36,078 nucleotides of DNA from Candidatus Hydrogenedentota bacterium. GTDB lineage: Bacteria; Hydrogenedentota; Hydrogenedentia; Hydrogenedentales; SLHB01. The translations under genes and the position numbers were made by a program. Below, piece after piece: positions 7,532 through 16,380 of this stretch; the first letter of the stretch is position 1, and every line of letters begins with the position of its first letter. The DNA lies in NCBI GenBank assembly GCA_045863295.1, contig BTWA01000019.1, positions 1 to 36,078 of the forward strand. The letters are read 5' to 3'. The notes beneath the pieces were generated by a model that searched no databases, was not told where the DNA came from, and saw only the letters and a list, made by a program, of their open reading frames with translations.

Positions 7532-8503
7532 ATGAAGCAAGACGAATTGCGAGAACAGTTCTCACCGCTGCTCGACGACGAGTTGGATGTGGAAGAACGC
7601 GAGGCTCTGGAGGCGGCATTGGCGCAAGACAGCGCGTTGTTGCGCGACTTGGACGGCTACAAGCGCGTGGACGCGTTGTATCGCGCGCTGCCTCGCGAAG
7701 GGGCTCCGGCAGACTTTGAGTTGCGGGTCAAGCAGGCGTTGCGGCCTACTGTGATTTCGATGGCACGCAGGCGAATCGCGCAGATGAGCACGCGTGCCTG
7801 GATAGGGGCGGCGGCGGGCCTGCTGGTAGCATCCGCGATATCGGTGTATGTCATTCCGGGCCGGCTTATGCAGCAGGAAATGGCAGCGAGCCACAAGCTT
7901 GCCATGCCCGACTTCGCGGCGGAGACCGCCCCGGCCGGCTCGGCGGAAGCCGCCCAATCGAGCCCCGCGGCGACATTCGCTGAAGATTCTTTAGATCGGT
8001 TGGGCGGCGTTGAGAACGCCCCCGCGCCGGTGCCGCCAGCCGATTCCGCCGAAGAGGATACGAGTGCAATACCGTTGGGTGAAACCCGAGCCGCACGGCA
8101 AAAGGCCGAAGCCGGGGAGATACCCATGGCACGGCAGCCTGAGCCGGAAGTCCCTTCCGAAGAGCCGGCACGCGACGCGTTCTATGCCGGCGCTGTTGTC
8201 AAGCCCGCGCCCACCCCTGCCTCCGCTGCACCCAACGCAGGCCAGAGTGAGGACAAAGAATCGGGTGCGGCCGGGTTCGAGGTGCGGGCCGTAGCCCGCC
8301 GGACGTTTCGTATGTCTCACGGCGTGTGGATTCAGGACGGGTATTCGCAGGAGACGCCCGAGATGATCGATCCCGGTTCGGCACGGTTCACGGGGATAGT
8401 GAAGTTGCATCCCGAGTTGGGGCAAATTGTCCACTTGGGCGGGCCGGTCACGTTCGAGTTGGATGGGCAATGGTATACGTTGGCCAAGCCCGTCAGCGAT
8501 TAG
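7532..8503 (+). CDS. Membrane-spanning anti-sigma factor
   Basis: 7 nt after the sigma gene. N-terminal anti-sigma domain (LLDDELDVEEREALE) without Zn ligands, one TM helix, Pro/Ala-rich linker and a small C-terminal domain. Confidence 0.85.
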   Translation: MKQDELREQFSPLLDDELDVEEREALEAALAQDSALLRDLDGYKRVDALYRALPREGAPADFELRVKQALRPTVISMARRRIAQMSTRAWIGAAAGLLVASAISVYVIPGRLMQQEMAASHKLAMPDFAAETAPAGSAEAAQSSPAATFAEDSLDRLGGVENAPAPVPPADSAEEDTSAIPLGETRAARQKAEAGEIPMARQPEPEVPSEEPARDAFYAGAVVKPAPTPASAAPNAGQSEDKESGAAGFEVRAVARRTFRMSHGVWIQDGYSQETPEMIDPGSARFTGIVKLHPELGQIVHLGGPVTFELDGQWYTLAKPVSD

Positions 8504-8507
8504 TGCT

Positions 8508-9830
8508 TCATTTAACCTTTTGACCGTGTTTCATGGCGAGCGCTTTTAAGAAATCCCACGAGAAGATGCCAGTACTGTGGCCGTCGGTCCATGTGATGGC
8601 AACGGCGTAATTGCCGAGTTGTTGCATGGCCTGGACGCCGATATCACGGGGTACGGTATCGCGGTTGAGCAGCGGGGCGCCGGACATTTCGTCAACACAC
8701 CGTGCGCAGGGGCAGGCGCACCGGATCTCGTAATTGGGCACGATCCACGATTGGCCATCGGGCCACGTCATTTTGAGCGATCCGTTGTCGGGTTGGATGC
8801 GGGGCGGATCGGTTCTGTCGACGCGGCTTTTTCCGATGGCGCGGTGGACGTTTTCGGCCATCTGTTTGAATTGCACGACATCCGCGCCGGCATCCGCGCG
8901 GCTGAGTTCGGATAGCCCGGGCATGATGGGCAACTCCGCGAGCGTTGGGAGGCCGAATCGATCCTGCAACGTACTCATGCTGCGTCCGAACGGGTAATGT
9001 ACCTTGCCGCAGCCGTCGCATTGAAAGTGGCTCATGTTCTCCACGACGCCGAGTACGGGGACGCTGACTTTTTCAAACATGAGAATGCCCTTGGCGACAT
9101 CCACGAGCGAAAGCGAATGGGGTGTGGTGACGATGATCGCGCCGTCCAGCGCGGCCTGTTGCACGATGGTCAGCTGAATATCGCCGGTTCCCGGCGGCAT
9201 GTCGATGATCAAGTAATCCAATGTGCCCCAGTCGGTTTGTTTGAGAATCTGCTGGGTGTAGCCAGACACGATTGGACCGCGCAGTACGGCAGGGGCTTCA
9301 CCGAGGACGAATCCCAGGGACATAATGCGAATGCCGTCGACCATGACGGGGACAATTTTATTGTTCATCATCGCCACGGGCGGATTGTGCAGATTAAAGA
9401 GGGTAGGTACAGACGGCCCGTAGATGTCGGTATCCAGCAGGCCCACTTCGAGGCCTTCGCGCCGCATGCTGCGCGCGAGGTGCGCGGCGACGGTGGATTT
9501 TCCCACGCCGCCTTTGCACGCCGACACTGCGATTACCGCGCCGATGTTCTCCAGGGTATTGATGCCTGAGCCTTGCCGTTCTCTCGGGGCCATTGCGGAA
9601 AAGGAGACCATGACCGAGGCGACCCCCGGGAGTTTGGCCACGGCTTCTTCCGCTTGTGTCTTAAACTTGTCTTTCACCGGACAGGCCGGTGTAGTCAGTT
9701 CTAGGGTGAAGCTGACTTCGCTGCCCTTGATCTCAATATTCTTCACAAAGCCCAACGAGACGATGTCGCGTCCGAGGTCTGGGTCAATGATATGGCGCAA
9801 CGCATTCAAGATATCCGATTCGCGGATCAT
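8508..9830 (-). CDS. mrp: Mrp/ApbC Fe-S cluster carrier ATPase with N-terminal DUF59 and C-terminal DUF971 (HCF101-type)
   Basis: DPDLGRDIVSLG...LTTPACP, deviant Walker A KGGVGKST, DMPPGTGD, ENMS..CxxC, and C-terminal CPCARC...GNYA..ITWTDGH.TGI. Confidence 0.92.
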   Translation of the reverse strand: MIRESDILNALRHIIDPDLGRDIVSLGFVKNIEIKGSEVSFTLELTTPACPVKDKFKTQAEEAVAKLPGVASVMVSFSAMAPRERQGSGINTLENIGAVIAVSACKGGVGKSTVAAHLARSMRREGLEVGLLDTDIYGPSVPTLFNLHNPPVAMMNNKIVPVMVDGIRIMSLGFVLGEAPAVLRGPIVSGYTQQILKQTDWGTLDYLIIDMPPGTGDIQLTIVQQAALDGAIIVTTPHSLSLVDVAKGILMFEKVSVPVLGVVENMSHFQCDGCGKVHYPFGRSMSTLQDRFGLPTLAELPIMPGLSELSRADAGADVVQFKQMAENVHRAIGKSRVDRTDPPRIQPDNGSLKMTWPDGQSWIVPNYEIRCACPCARCVDEMSGAPLLNRDTVPRDIGVQAMQQLGNYAVAITWTDGHSTGIFSWDFLKALAMKHGQKVK

Positions 9831-9999
9831 GGTTTACCTCTCGGCGCGGGGCATGCGCCGTTCTCATTCCAAAGCCCGATCACAGGAGGCGCATATTGTA
9901 ATCGCAATGGGTGGTTCGATGCGATTTATTGACTGCCGTCTGCCGTGGGGAGTAGTTTCCTCTGGGCGGCGGCAACGAGCGTGGCGGAAAGGGTATTAC

Positions 10000-12900
10000 A
10001 TGAAACTGAAGAGCGCGTCTCTACTGCTCTTGGGAGTCTGTGCGGCGGCGATGCCGTGGGCGGCGGCGCAACGCGCCGCGGTCGTCGATGGGCCTCAGGG
10101 CATGCCCGCATACGACGCCCTTGTCGAGACCGTGGAAGGTTCCGGTTATCCGGCCGACCGTTGGCGGCTCAATGACCTGACACAGCCCATTCCCGAGACC
10201 ATCGACTTGATCGTGTTGTGTGAAGCGGATCAGTTGCCCGCCGCCGCGCTTGGTCCGTTTATGGCATTTCTGGAGCGTGGGGGCGACGTGATTGCGCTGG
10301 GCACTCCGGCGTGGACGAAGCCCCTAATCGACGACGACGGCGAATGGCTGAACCGTGAAGCATTTGTTGAACGGCACCATGGCGAATTGATGCCCCATGT
10401 GATTGCGTCCTTTGCGGACGGCGATCTCTCGAAGTGGAAACGGAATGCGAGCGATCCCGGGATCACGGTCACGCATCACGTGGAGCGGGAGGGGGAGACG
10501 GCGTATCTGGACGTGCGCGTGCCCGAATTGACGAATTGGGAGACGTATGTGTTGGAGGGGTTGGAGACGCCGTTCGCCGCGGGCCACGACTTGACGGTGA
10601 TACGGGCGAAGGGAGGGGCGTCGACAACTTCGCTTGCCGTGGAGTGGATTGAGCTCGATTCCTCCCGCTGGATTGCGACCGTGCCGCTGACCGAAACGTG
10701 GCAAACGTACATTTTGACGCCCGAGGATTTTGCCTATTGGGAAAGCGTGCCTGAGCGAAAAGGTACCCGCTTCGATCCGGCCCGTGCCGTCACGTTAAGT
10801 ATTGGTCTTGCGCAAAGCCACACGCGGCTCAGCGCGGGTCCGCACGCGTATTCGATTGAGGCAATTGGATCGGCCAGGCGTTCGCCGGTGCATGAAAAGG
10901 CCATGACCCGGTTCGACCCGCCGAAACTGGAATCCCTTTCTCCCACATACAAGTTTTTCGATTTGACCGATGTGTCGACGTTGAAGACCTGCACCGAATT
11001 TCCCGAGTCCGTGGCGCCGCCCAAGCAGTTTCACAGTCTGCACCCCAGGCCGTCCGCGGGCGGTTTGAACAAAGGGCGCGCATTTCGGTTTCAACCCGTA
11101 CTGGAGGCGTATTCCGCGGAGGGCAAGTGGCGCGGATGCCCCGCGGCATTGATGGCCTATGCGGACGGTCCTTACGAAGGAGGCGTGTGGGTTTCGTTTG
11201 CGATTCGTGATTCCGAGTGGTATGCGTCCTACCCTGCGCAATCGGTCCTTGGCGCAACGCTTCAGGGCATGCGCCGGGGCGCGTATCTGTTGGACGCGGG
11301 CGCGGATCACTACACGTATTTCGAGGGACAGAATCTGACGATAGGCGCGCGTGTGGCGAATGTGAACCCCCGCAAAGCAATCAGCTTGATTCTTCGCGTA
11401 GAGCTGCAGGATCCGGATCAGGGGGGCACTGTGGTACACGCGTATGAGCAGCGGTTTGTCTGCGCCTCCGGCGAAACGAAAGCGCTCACCCAGACCATCG
11501 CACCACCGGCCTGGGGGGAACATGGTCTGCGCGCCGTGACCACGTTGTGGGATACAACCGGGCAGTTTTTCGATCGGGCCGTGCACGAGATCCATGTGTG
11601 GAAGCCCAAGTCCGAACCCGAATTCGTGACGGTGGAGAACGGCGATTTTCGGTTGAAGGGTGAGCGTTGGCGGGCTCACGGCGTGAACTACATGCCGTCG
11701 TCGGGAATTGGGATCGAAGATTCAAACGCTTTCGAGTACTGGATCGGCGAGCAAGCGTACGATCCGGGCATCGTGCAGCGCGACCTGGAGCGCATACAGT
11801 CGATGGGGTTCAATTCCGTCAGCATATTCATCTACCGGCAATCGATGGAAGCGCAGAATTTGCTCGATCTGCTTCGGCGATTGGACGCGCTGGGCCTTAA
11901 GGCGAACCTTTCCTTGCGTCCCGGCACGCCGCTGGATTTTCCATGGGACGCGGTGCGCGAGATGATCGAGTTCTACAAGCTGTCGCAGAACGACACGGTT
12001 TTTGCGTACGACCTTGCGTGGGAACCGATGTTTGGAAACCACAAGCAACGCAAGGTGCACGATGCGGAATGGCGGGCGTGGCTCGATGAGCGCTACGGCG
12101 GTATCGAGAGTGCCGAGCGCGACTGGGGATTCTCCGCGCCGCGCGAGGCCGACGGACAGGTCACGAATCCGTTGGAAGAACACATAACCGGCGATGGTCT
12201 GTGGCGGGTCATGACGGCGGCGTACCGGCGTTTCCTCGACACAGTGCTCTACGAAAAATATGCGCGCGCGCGCAGACTGGTGCGCAGCGTCGATCCCCAT
12301 CATCTGGTAAGTTTTCGTATGACGCTGGCCGGCGATCCTACGTTTCGCGGTGGCCATGTGATTCCGTATTCGTGGTCCTATCTTGCCGGGGCTGTGGATA
12401 TCTTGGAGCCAGAGGCCTACGGCCGTATCGGGGATTGGGACCGCGTGCGGCCGGGGCGTTACCAATATGAACTGGCTCGTTGGGCTCGCGCGGATGCGCC
12501 GGTGCTGTGGGCCGAGGCCGGCGTTCAAGTGTGGAGCGAGGCACGCATGGCGCCATCCCCGGACGCGATGGCATTTCAAGCGGATTACTATCGGAACTTG
12601 TACCGTATGTTTACGGAAAGCGCGGCGGACGGCGTGTATTTCTGGTGGTATCCGGGCGGATACCGGACGAATGAACGCAGCGACTACGGCATCCTCAATC
12701 CGGATGGTACGGACCGGCCGGTTACGGCAGTGATTCGAGAGTTGGGCTCCGGGTTTATATCGGGCCCCGATGCGAAGGCCGTAGATGACTGGATCACGGT
12801 GGATTTCGACGAGCATCCCGACGGGGTTGCGGGCGTGTATGACGCGACCCACGACGCGTACTGGAAGGGCATTGACGCAGGGAAGACGCCGGGCTTGAAA

Positions 12901-13326
12901 ACGGCGGGCACGGGCACGACCACGGCGACTTGTCCTCGCGTAGCGGTGGGCAACACGGCGTTGACGGGGACAAATCCTCCGAAATACATCGATGGTTTCT
13001 TCGATCGCGTTGCTGTTCAGTTGGACAACGGCGACTGGCGGGAAATCAAGTCCGGGGATACGGTGGGAGTGAATCAGACCGTTCGTGTTTCGATTACCAA
13101 CGTGAACGAGGCCACCTGGCTGGCTGCCGGCGACGCGGGCGCGGTTGCTTTGATTGTGGATCAGGGTGGCCAACGATCATCAGTAGCGATTCCCCAAGAT
13201 GTGGAGCGGTTTCAGTCCGTGGATCTCGATTTTTCACCGTCAGGCGCGGGCGAAATCAACCTGCGGCTGGAGGCGAGCGGCGTATCCGCGTTTGGCCCGG
13301 TGTTTCGGGCCGTTGTAACCGAGTGA
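10000..13326 (+). CDS. Large secreted clan GH-A glycoside hydrolase (GH5/GH42-like) with accessory domains
   Basis: Signal peptide at MKLKSASL (true start 10000). GVNY, DLERIQSMGFNSV, acid/base DLAWEP, nucleophile PVLWAEAG, FWWY and DYGIL motifs. CBM-like and Ig-like regions flank the barrel. Confidence 0.8.
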   Translation: MKLKSASLLLLGVCAAAMPWAAAQRAAVVDGPQGMPAYDALVETVEGSGYPADRWRLNDLTQPIPETIDLIVLCEADQLPAAALGPFMAFLERGGDVIALGTPAWTKPLIDDDGEWLNREAFVERHHGELMPHVIASFADGDLSKWKRNASDPGITVTHHVEREGETAYLDVRVPELTNWETYVLEGLETPFAAGHDLTVIRAKGGASTTSLAVEWIELDSSRWIATVPLTETWQTYILTPEDFAYWESVPERKGTRFDPARAVTLSIGLAQSHTRLSAGPHAYSIEAIGSARRSPVHEKAMTRFDPPKLESLSPTYKFFDLTDVSTLKTCTEFPESVAPPKQFHSLHPRPSAGGLNKGRAFRFQPVLEAYSAEGKWRGCPAALMAYADGPYEGGVWVSFAIRDSEWYASYPAQSVLGATLQGMRRGAYLLDAGADHYTYFEGQNLTIGARVANVNPRKAISLILRVELQDPDQGGTVVHAYEQRFVCASGETKALTQTIAPPAWGEHGLRAVTTLWDTTGQFFDRAVHEIHVWKPKSEPEFVTVENGDFRLKGERWRAHGVNYMPSSGIGIEDSNAFEYWIGEQAYDPGIVQRDLERIQSMGFNSVSIFIYRQSMEAQNLLDLLRRLDALGLKANLSLRPGTPLDFPWDAVREMIEFYKLSQNDTVFAYDLAWEPMFGNHKQRKVHDAEWRAWLDERYGGIESAERDWGFSAPREADGQVTNPLEEHITGDGLWRVMTAAYRRFLDTVLYEKYARARRLVRSVDPHHLVSFRMTLAGDPTFRGGHVIPYSWSYLAGAVDILEPEAYGRIGDWDRVRPGRYQYELARWARADAPVLWAEAGVQVWSEARMAPSPDAMAFQADYYRNLYRMFTESAADGVYFWWYPGGYRTNERSDYGILNPDGTDRPVTAVIRELGSGFISGPDAKAVDDWITVDFDEHPDGVAGVYDATHDAYWKGIDAGKTPGLKTAGTGTTTATCPRVAVGNTALTGTNPPKYIDGFFDRVAVQLDNGDWREIKSGDTVGVNQTVRVSITNVNEATWLAAGDAGAVALIVDQGGQRSSVAIPQDVERFQSVDLDFSPSGAGEINLRLEASGVSAFGPVFRAVVTE

Positions 13327-13361
13327 GCGAAATTCGAATCGGCACAACGAGGAGAAAGCCC

Positions 13362-14777
13362 ATGCATTCTCGCGGCGTTGCATTCTGGGCCGGACTAATC
13401 GTAGCGGTCAGCGCACATGGGGATGTTGAATTGCCCGTGGACGCGTTTAACACCGATCCGGGCTGGTTAGGTGTCAACAACGTTCCACCGGAGGAAGTGC
13501 GCAAGGAAATACGCCAGGATTTCGGCTGGGTGGCGCCTTCGGCGGATGGGTTTACGGCGGGTGCGGTCGGCGGCTCCGTGTGCCGATCCTTTACGCCGGC
13601 CTGGTTTGGCAAGGCTATCCCGACGGCGTCATTGAACCAGCGATTAAGCGCTTCCGGGACATTTGTTGTCAAAGACAGTCAGGGCGGATCGGGGGTATTG
13701 GTCGGCTGGTTCAATTCGAAATCGCGTGGCTGGCGCACGCCCAATTCGCTTGTCTTCCGCCTTGACGGGGAAGGAGGAAAGTTTCGCGTATTTTATGAGT
13801 ATGGCACGCGCCATTGGCTGACGGGAGGGGGCGAGACATTCGAGGGACGGTATCAGGACAATCCCGCCTCCTTGCACCCCGCGGGACCCGGGGCGCACAC
13901 ATGGTCGTTGGATTACGACCCTGAAGGCGCTGACGGGCTGGGAGAGATCACATTCGTATTTGACGGCGAAGTATTTCGCGCGCCTTTGCTGGCGGGTCAC
14001 AAAGAGGACGGGGCGGAATTCGACCGATTCGGTCTTATGAATGTGCAGATTACAGGTGATCGAATAGAACTTTATGTCAGCGACTTAGTGATCAACGGCG
14101 ATGCAATCGATCTCCAATCGGATCCTGGCTGGAATGGCAACAACCATCGCACGACATACGCCGACTATGTCCAGAGGCCCCATCATGACGTTCAATGGCG
14201 CGACACGGCGCGCGCGGGTGGCGCGCCGGGGGAGATTGGCGGGTTTGTGTGGCGGATCGATCCGCGCGATCCCGATCAGGGGCTGCAGTATGGTAAAGAG
14301 GCGTTGCCGGTGTCCTGGGATAAGCCGTTCGAAGCGTCGGGCCGAATTTGTTTTGCATCGACGGCGGTGGACAGCGCTGTCCTGATCGGTTGGTACAACG
14401 CCGGCACGCCGCTTGGGTCGCCGCCATCAAATTTTGCGGGTATCTTAATGGAGGGGCCAAGCCGTATCGGGCACTATTTCCGGCCGGTGGTGGGTGCGGC
14501 GAACGGGTCGTCCGGAATTTGCCAGGAGGGTCCGGTCATTCGACCGGATGGGACGAGCCACACGTGGTCGTTCGCATTTAAGCCGGCCTCCGTGGAGCAG
14601 CGCGCGCGTATCCGCGTGACGCTTGACGACGAAACCGTGGATTACGAAGTTCCCGACCCGGTTTTGGCGGGAGGAATGGAAACGAATCGATTCGGTCTTT
14701 TAAGTTGGCATCAGGGCGGTCATTTTGTGGAAATTTATGTGGACGATATACGGTTGGCCTATGGGGAGCATCGTTAA
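13362..14777 (+). CDS. Secreted hypothetical protein with two tandem homologous beta-rich domains
   Basis: GAGGAG RBS before ATG 13362 and a signal peptide. Repeated DPGW.G.N / GG.V.R / ASG / VL.GW.N / HTWS / RFGL blocks. Confidence 0.8.
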   Translation: MHSRGVAFWAGLIVAVSAHGDVELPVDAFNTDPGWLGVNNVPPEEVRKEIRQDFGWVAPSADGFTAGAVGGSVCRSFTPAWFGKAIPTASLNQRLSASGTFVVKDSQGGSGVLVGWFNSKSRGWRTPNSLVFRLDGEGGKFRVFYEYGTRHWLTGGGETFEGRYQDNPASLHPAGPGAHTWSLDYDPEGADGLGEITFVFDGEVFRAPLLAGHKEDGAEFDRFGLMNVQITGDRIELYVSDLVINGDAIDLQSDPGWNGNNHRTTYADYVQRPHHDVQWRDTARAGGAPGEIGGFVWRIDPRDPDQGLQYGKEALPVSWDKPFEASGRICFASTAVDSAVLIGWYNAGTPLGSPPSNFAGILMEGPSRIGHYFRPVVGAANGSSGICQEGPVIRPDGTSHTWSFAFKPASVEQRARIRVTLDDETVDYEVPDPVLAGGMETNRFGLLSWHQGGHFVEIYVDDIRLAYGEHR

Positions 14778-14915
14778 AGGTGTCCTTCCTGTAGAACTCG
14801 TTTCCCACGTCCCTCAGATGTCATTATACGGAGGCGCGCGCCACATTTTGGCCGGGAATCCAGAAACACGATTGGGCACCCAAGCGGCGCATGCCGACGG
14901 GGCCGTTGGGGGAGA

Positions 14916-16364
14916 TTGATGGACAATCTGTATCGCATAGCCATTGCCGGGCAGGATATGGCGGAATGCAACCAGTTTCGCGATACCTTGGAAGGCGAAC
15001 CTTACCGCATCGAGATTATAGATGTGCCCAATTTCAATTCGTTTCCTTGCGACACCCGCAGCTACGATCTCTGCATTGTATGCCTGCCCAAGGGATTTCC
15101 GTCGGGGGATACGACACCCGTCATGGTTGCGCCTGTGGAGCCAGGCAGTGTCATCTATGTGATGTCGTCTCCCACTGAAAAACAACGGCACTGGGCTTAT
15201 GCGCACGGCGCGATAGACGTCGCGGTTCGGCCGCAGTCCCGCAACGAGTTCAAGTTTCGGGTGGAACGGGCGATATTAAGCCGCAGTCAGCACGTTCAAT
15301 CCATCGTGTCCGAAGATACGCTGCTGGATTTGTTGAAATCGCTCGTCAATGCGGGGACCAGCTCCGTGGAGCCGGTTTCCGATCCCAGTATGCCCGCCGG
15401 CATTGCGTACCCCGAAGTGGAGTTTGTCGTCGGACGGTCTCCCGCGGTGACCGAGTGTTTGGAGCAACTGGCTATCGAAGGCTTGCTTTCCCGCACGCTG
15501 ACCCACCGGGTGCAGACGTGTCCTGCCTGCAAGGATTACCGGTTGAACTTTCGCGAGGTGTGTCCGCATTGCCGGTCGGCGGGCGTGACGATGGGAGAGG
15601 TGCTGCGTCACCTGGATTGCGGCCACACCGGATCGGTGGAATCCTTTCGTAAAGACAGCGAGTTGGTTTGTCCCAAATGCAGCCAGGTGTTGAAGCAGTT
15701 GGGAGCGGACTACGAGAAGCCGGGTGACCACCGCCGTTGCGTGCATTGCGAATCGATTTTTCAGCAGCCGTTGGCAGAGGTGCAATGCGTACGATGCGCC
15801 AACATATTCCGGCCGGACGAGATCGTGGCGCGGCCGGTGTACCGGTACGAATTGACGCCTTTGGTACACGACGCCATTGCGGAAGGGCGCATTGCGGGCA
15901 TCAGTCTTTCCAGCGTGCTGAAGAACAAGTACACGGGATTGTACAACCGGCAATATTTCGAGCATGAAGTGATGCGCGAGTTTGCGCGATCGACGCGGTA
16001 TAACATGCCCTATTCCATGCTCTTCATTCGTATTGAGCAATTCGATGAGCTGCGCAAGAAGCATCCGGATCGGCTGGACGAATATGCGTCCGCGGTGTTT
16101 GCGGCACTCAGCCACAAACTGCGCACGTTGGATACCGCCTGTGTTTGGGATAGGGACACGCTCGGGGTGTTGTTGCCCGGCACGCACGACTTGGGCGCTC
16201 AGGTTGTGATTCAGCGGATGCACGCCAGTGTGGCTGAATTGGAGAATCTCCGGTCCCTGCAGGAGCCGCGGATCTCGGTGGGCATGGTTTCCAACAAAGA
16301 GAAATTCAACTCGTATACCGACGCGATGGAGGCGGCACTGGCAAAAATCTCGCAGCCAGCTTAG
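14916..16364 (+). CDS. Pseudo-receiver + TackOD1-like Zn-ribbon + degenerate GGDEF protein
   Basis: REC-like N-terminus (GAIDVAVRP). Five CxxC plus one HxxC. TGLYNRQYFE begins a GGDEF-like domain with an RTLD I-site and GGDEF replaced by DRDTL. Confidence 0.8.
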   Translation: MMDNLYRIAIAGQDMAECNQFRDTLEGEPYRIEIIDVPNFNSFPCDTRSYDLCIVCLPKGFPSGDTTPVMVAPVEPGSVIYVMSSPTEKQRHWAYAHGAIDVAVRPQSRNEFKFRVERAILSRSQHVQSIVSEDTLLDLLKSLVNAGTSSVEPVSDPSMPAGIAYPEVEFVVGRSPAVTECLEQLAIEGLLSRTLTHRVQTCPACKDYRLNFREVCPHCRSAGVTMGEVLRHLDCGHTGSVESFRKDSELVCPKCSQVLKQLGADYEKPGDHRRCVHCESIFQQPLAEVQCVRCANIFRPDEIVARPVYRYELTPLVHDAIAEGRIAGISLSSVLKNKYTGLYNRQYFEHEVMREFARSTRYNMPYSMLFIRIEQFDELRKKHPDRLDEYASAVFAALSHKLRTLDTACVWDRDTLGVLLPGTHDLGAQVVIQRMHASVAELENLRSLQEPRISVGMVSNKEKFNSYTDAMEAALAKISQPA

Positions 16365-16380
16365 GCGGTGGGGTGAGCCA

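Noticed and set aside
9424..9999. N-terminal extension of the 1300-aa ORF
   Set aside because: It overlaps mrp on the opposite strand. The signal peptide begins at ATG 10000.
12930..13361. N-terminal extension of the 615-aa ORF
   Set aside because: It overlaps the glycosidase. The RBS and signal peptide point to 13362.
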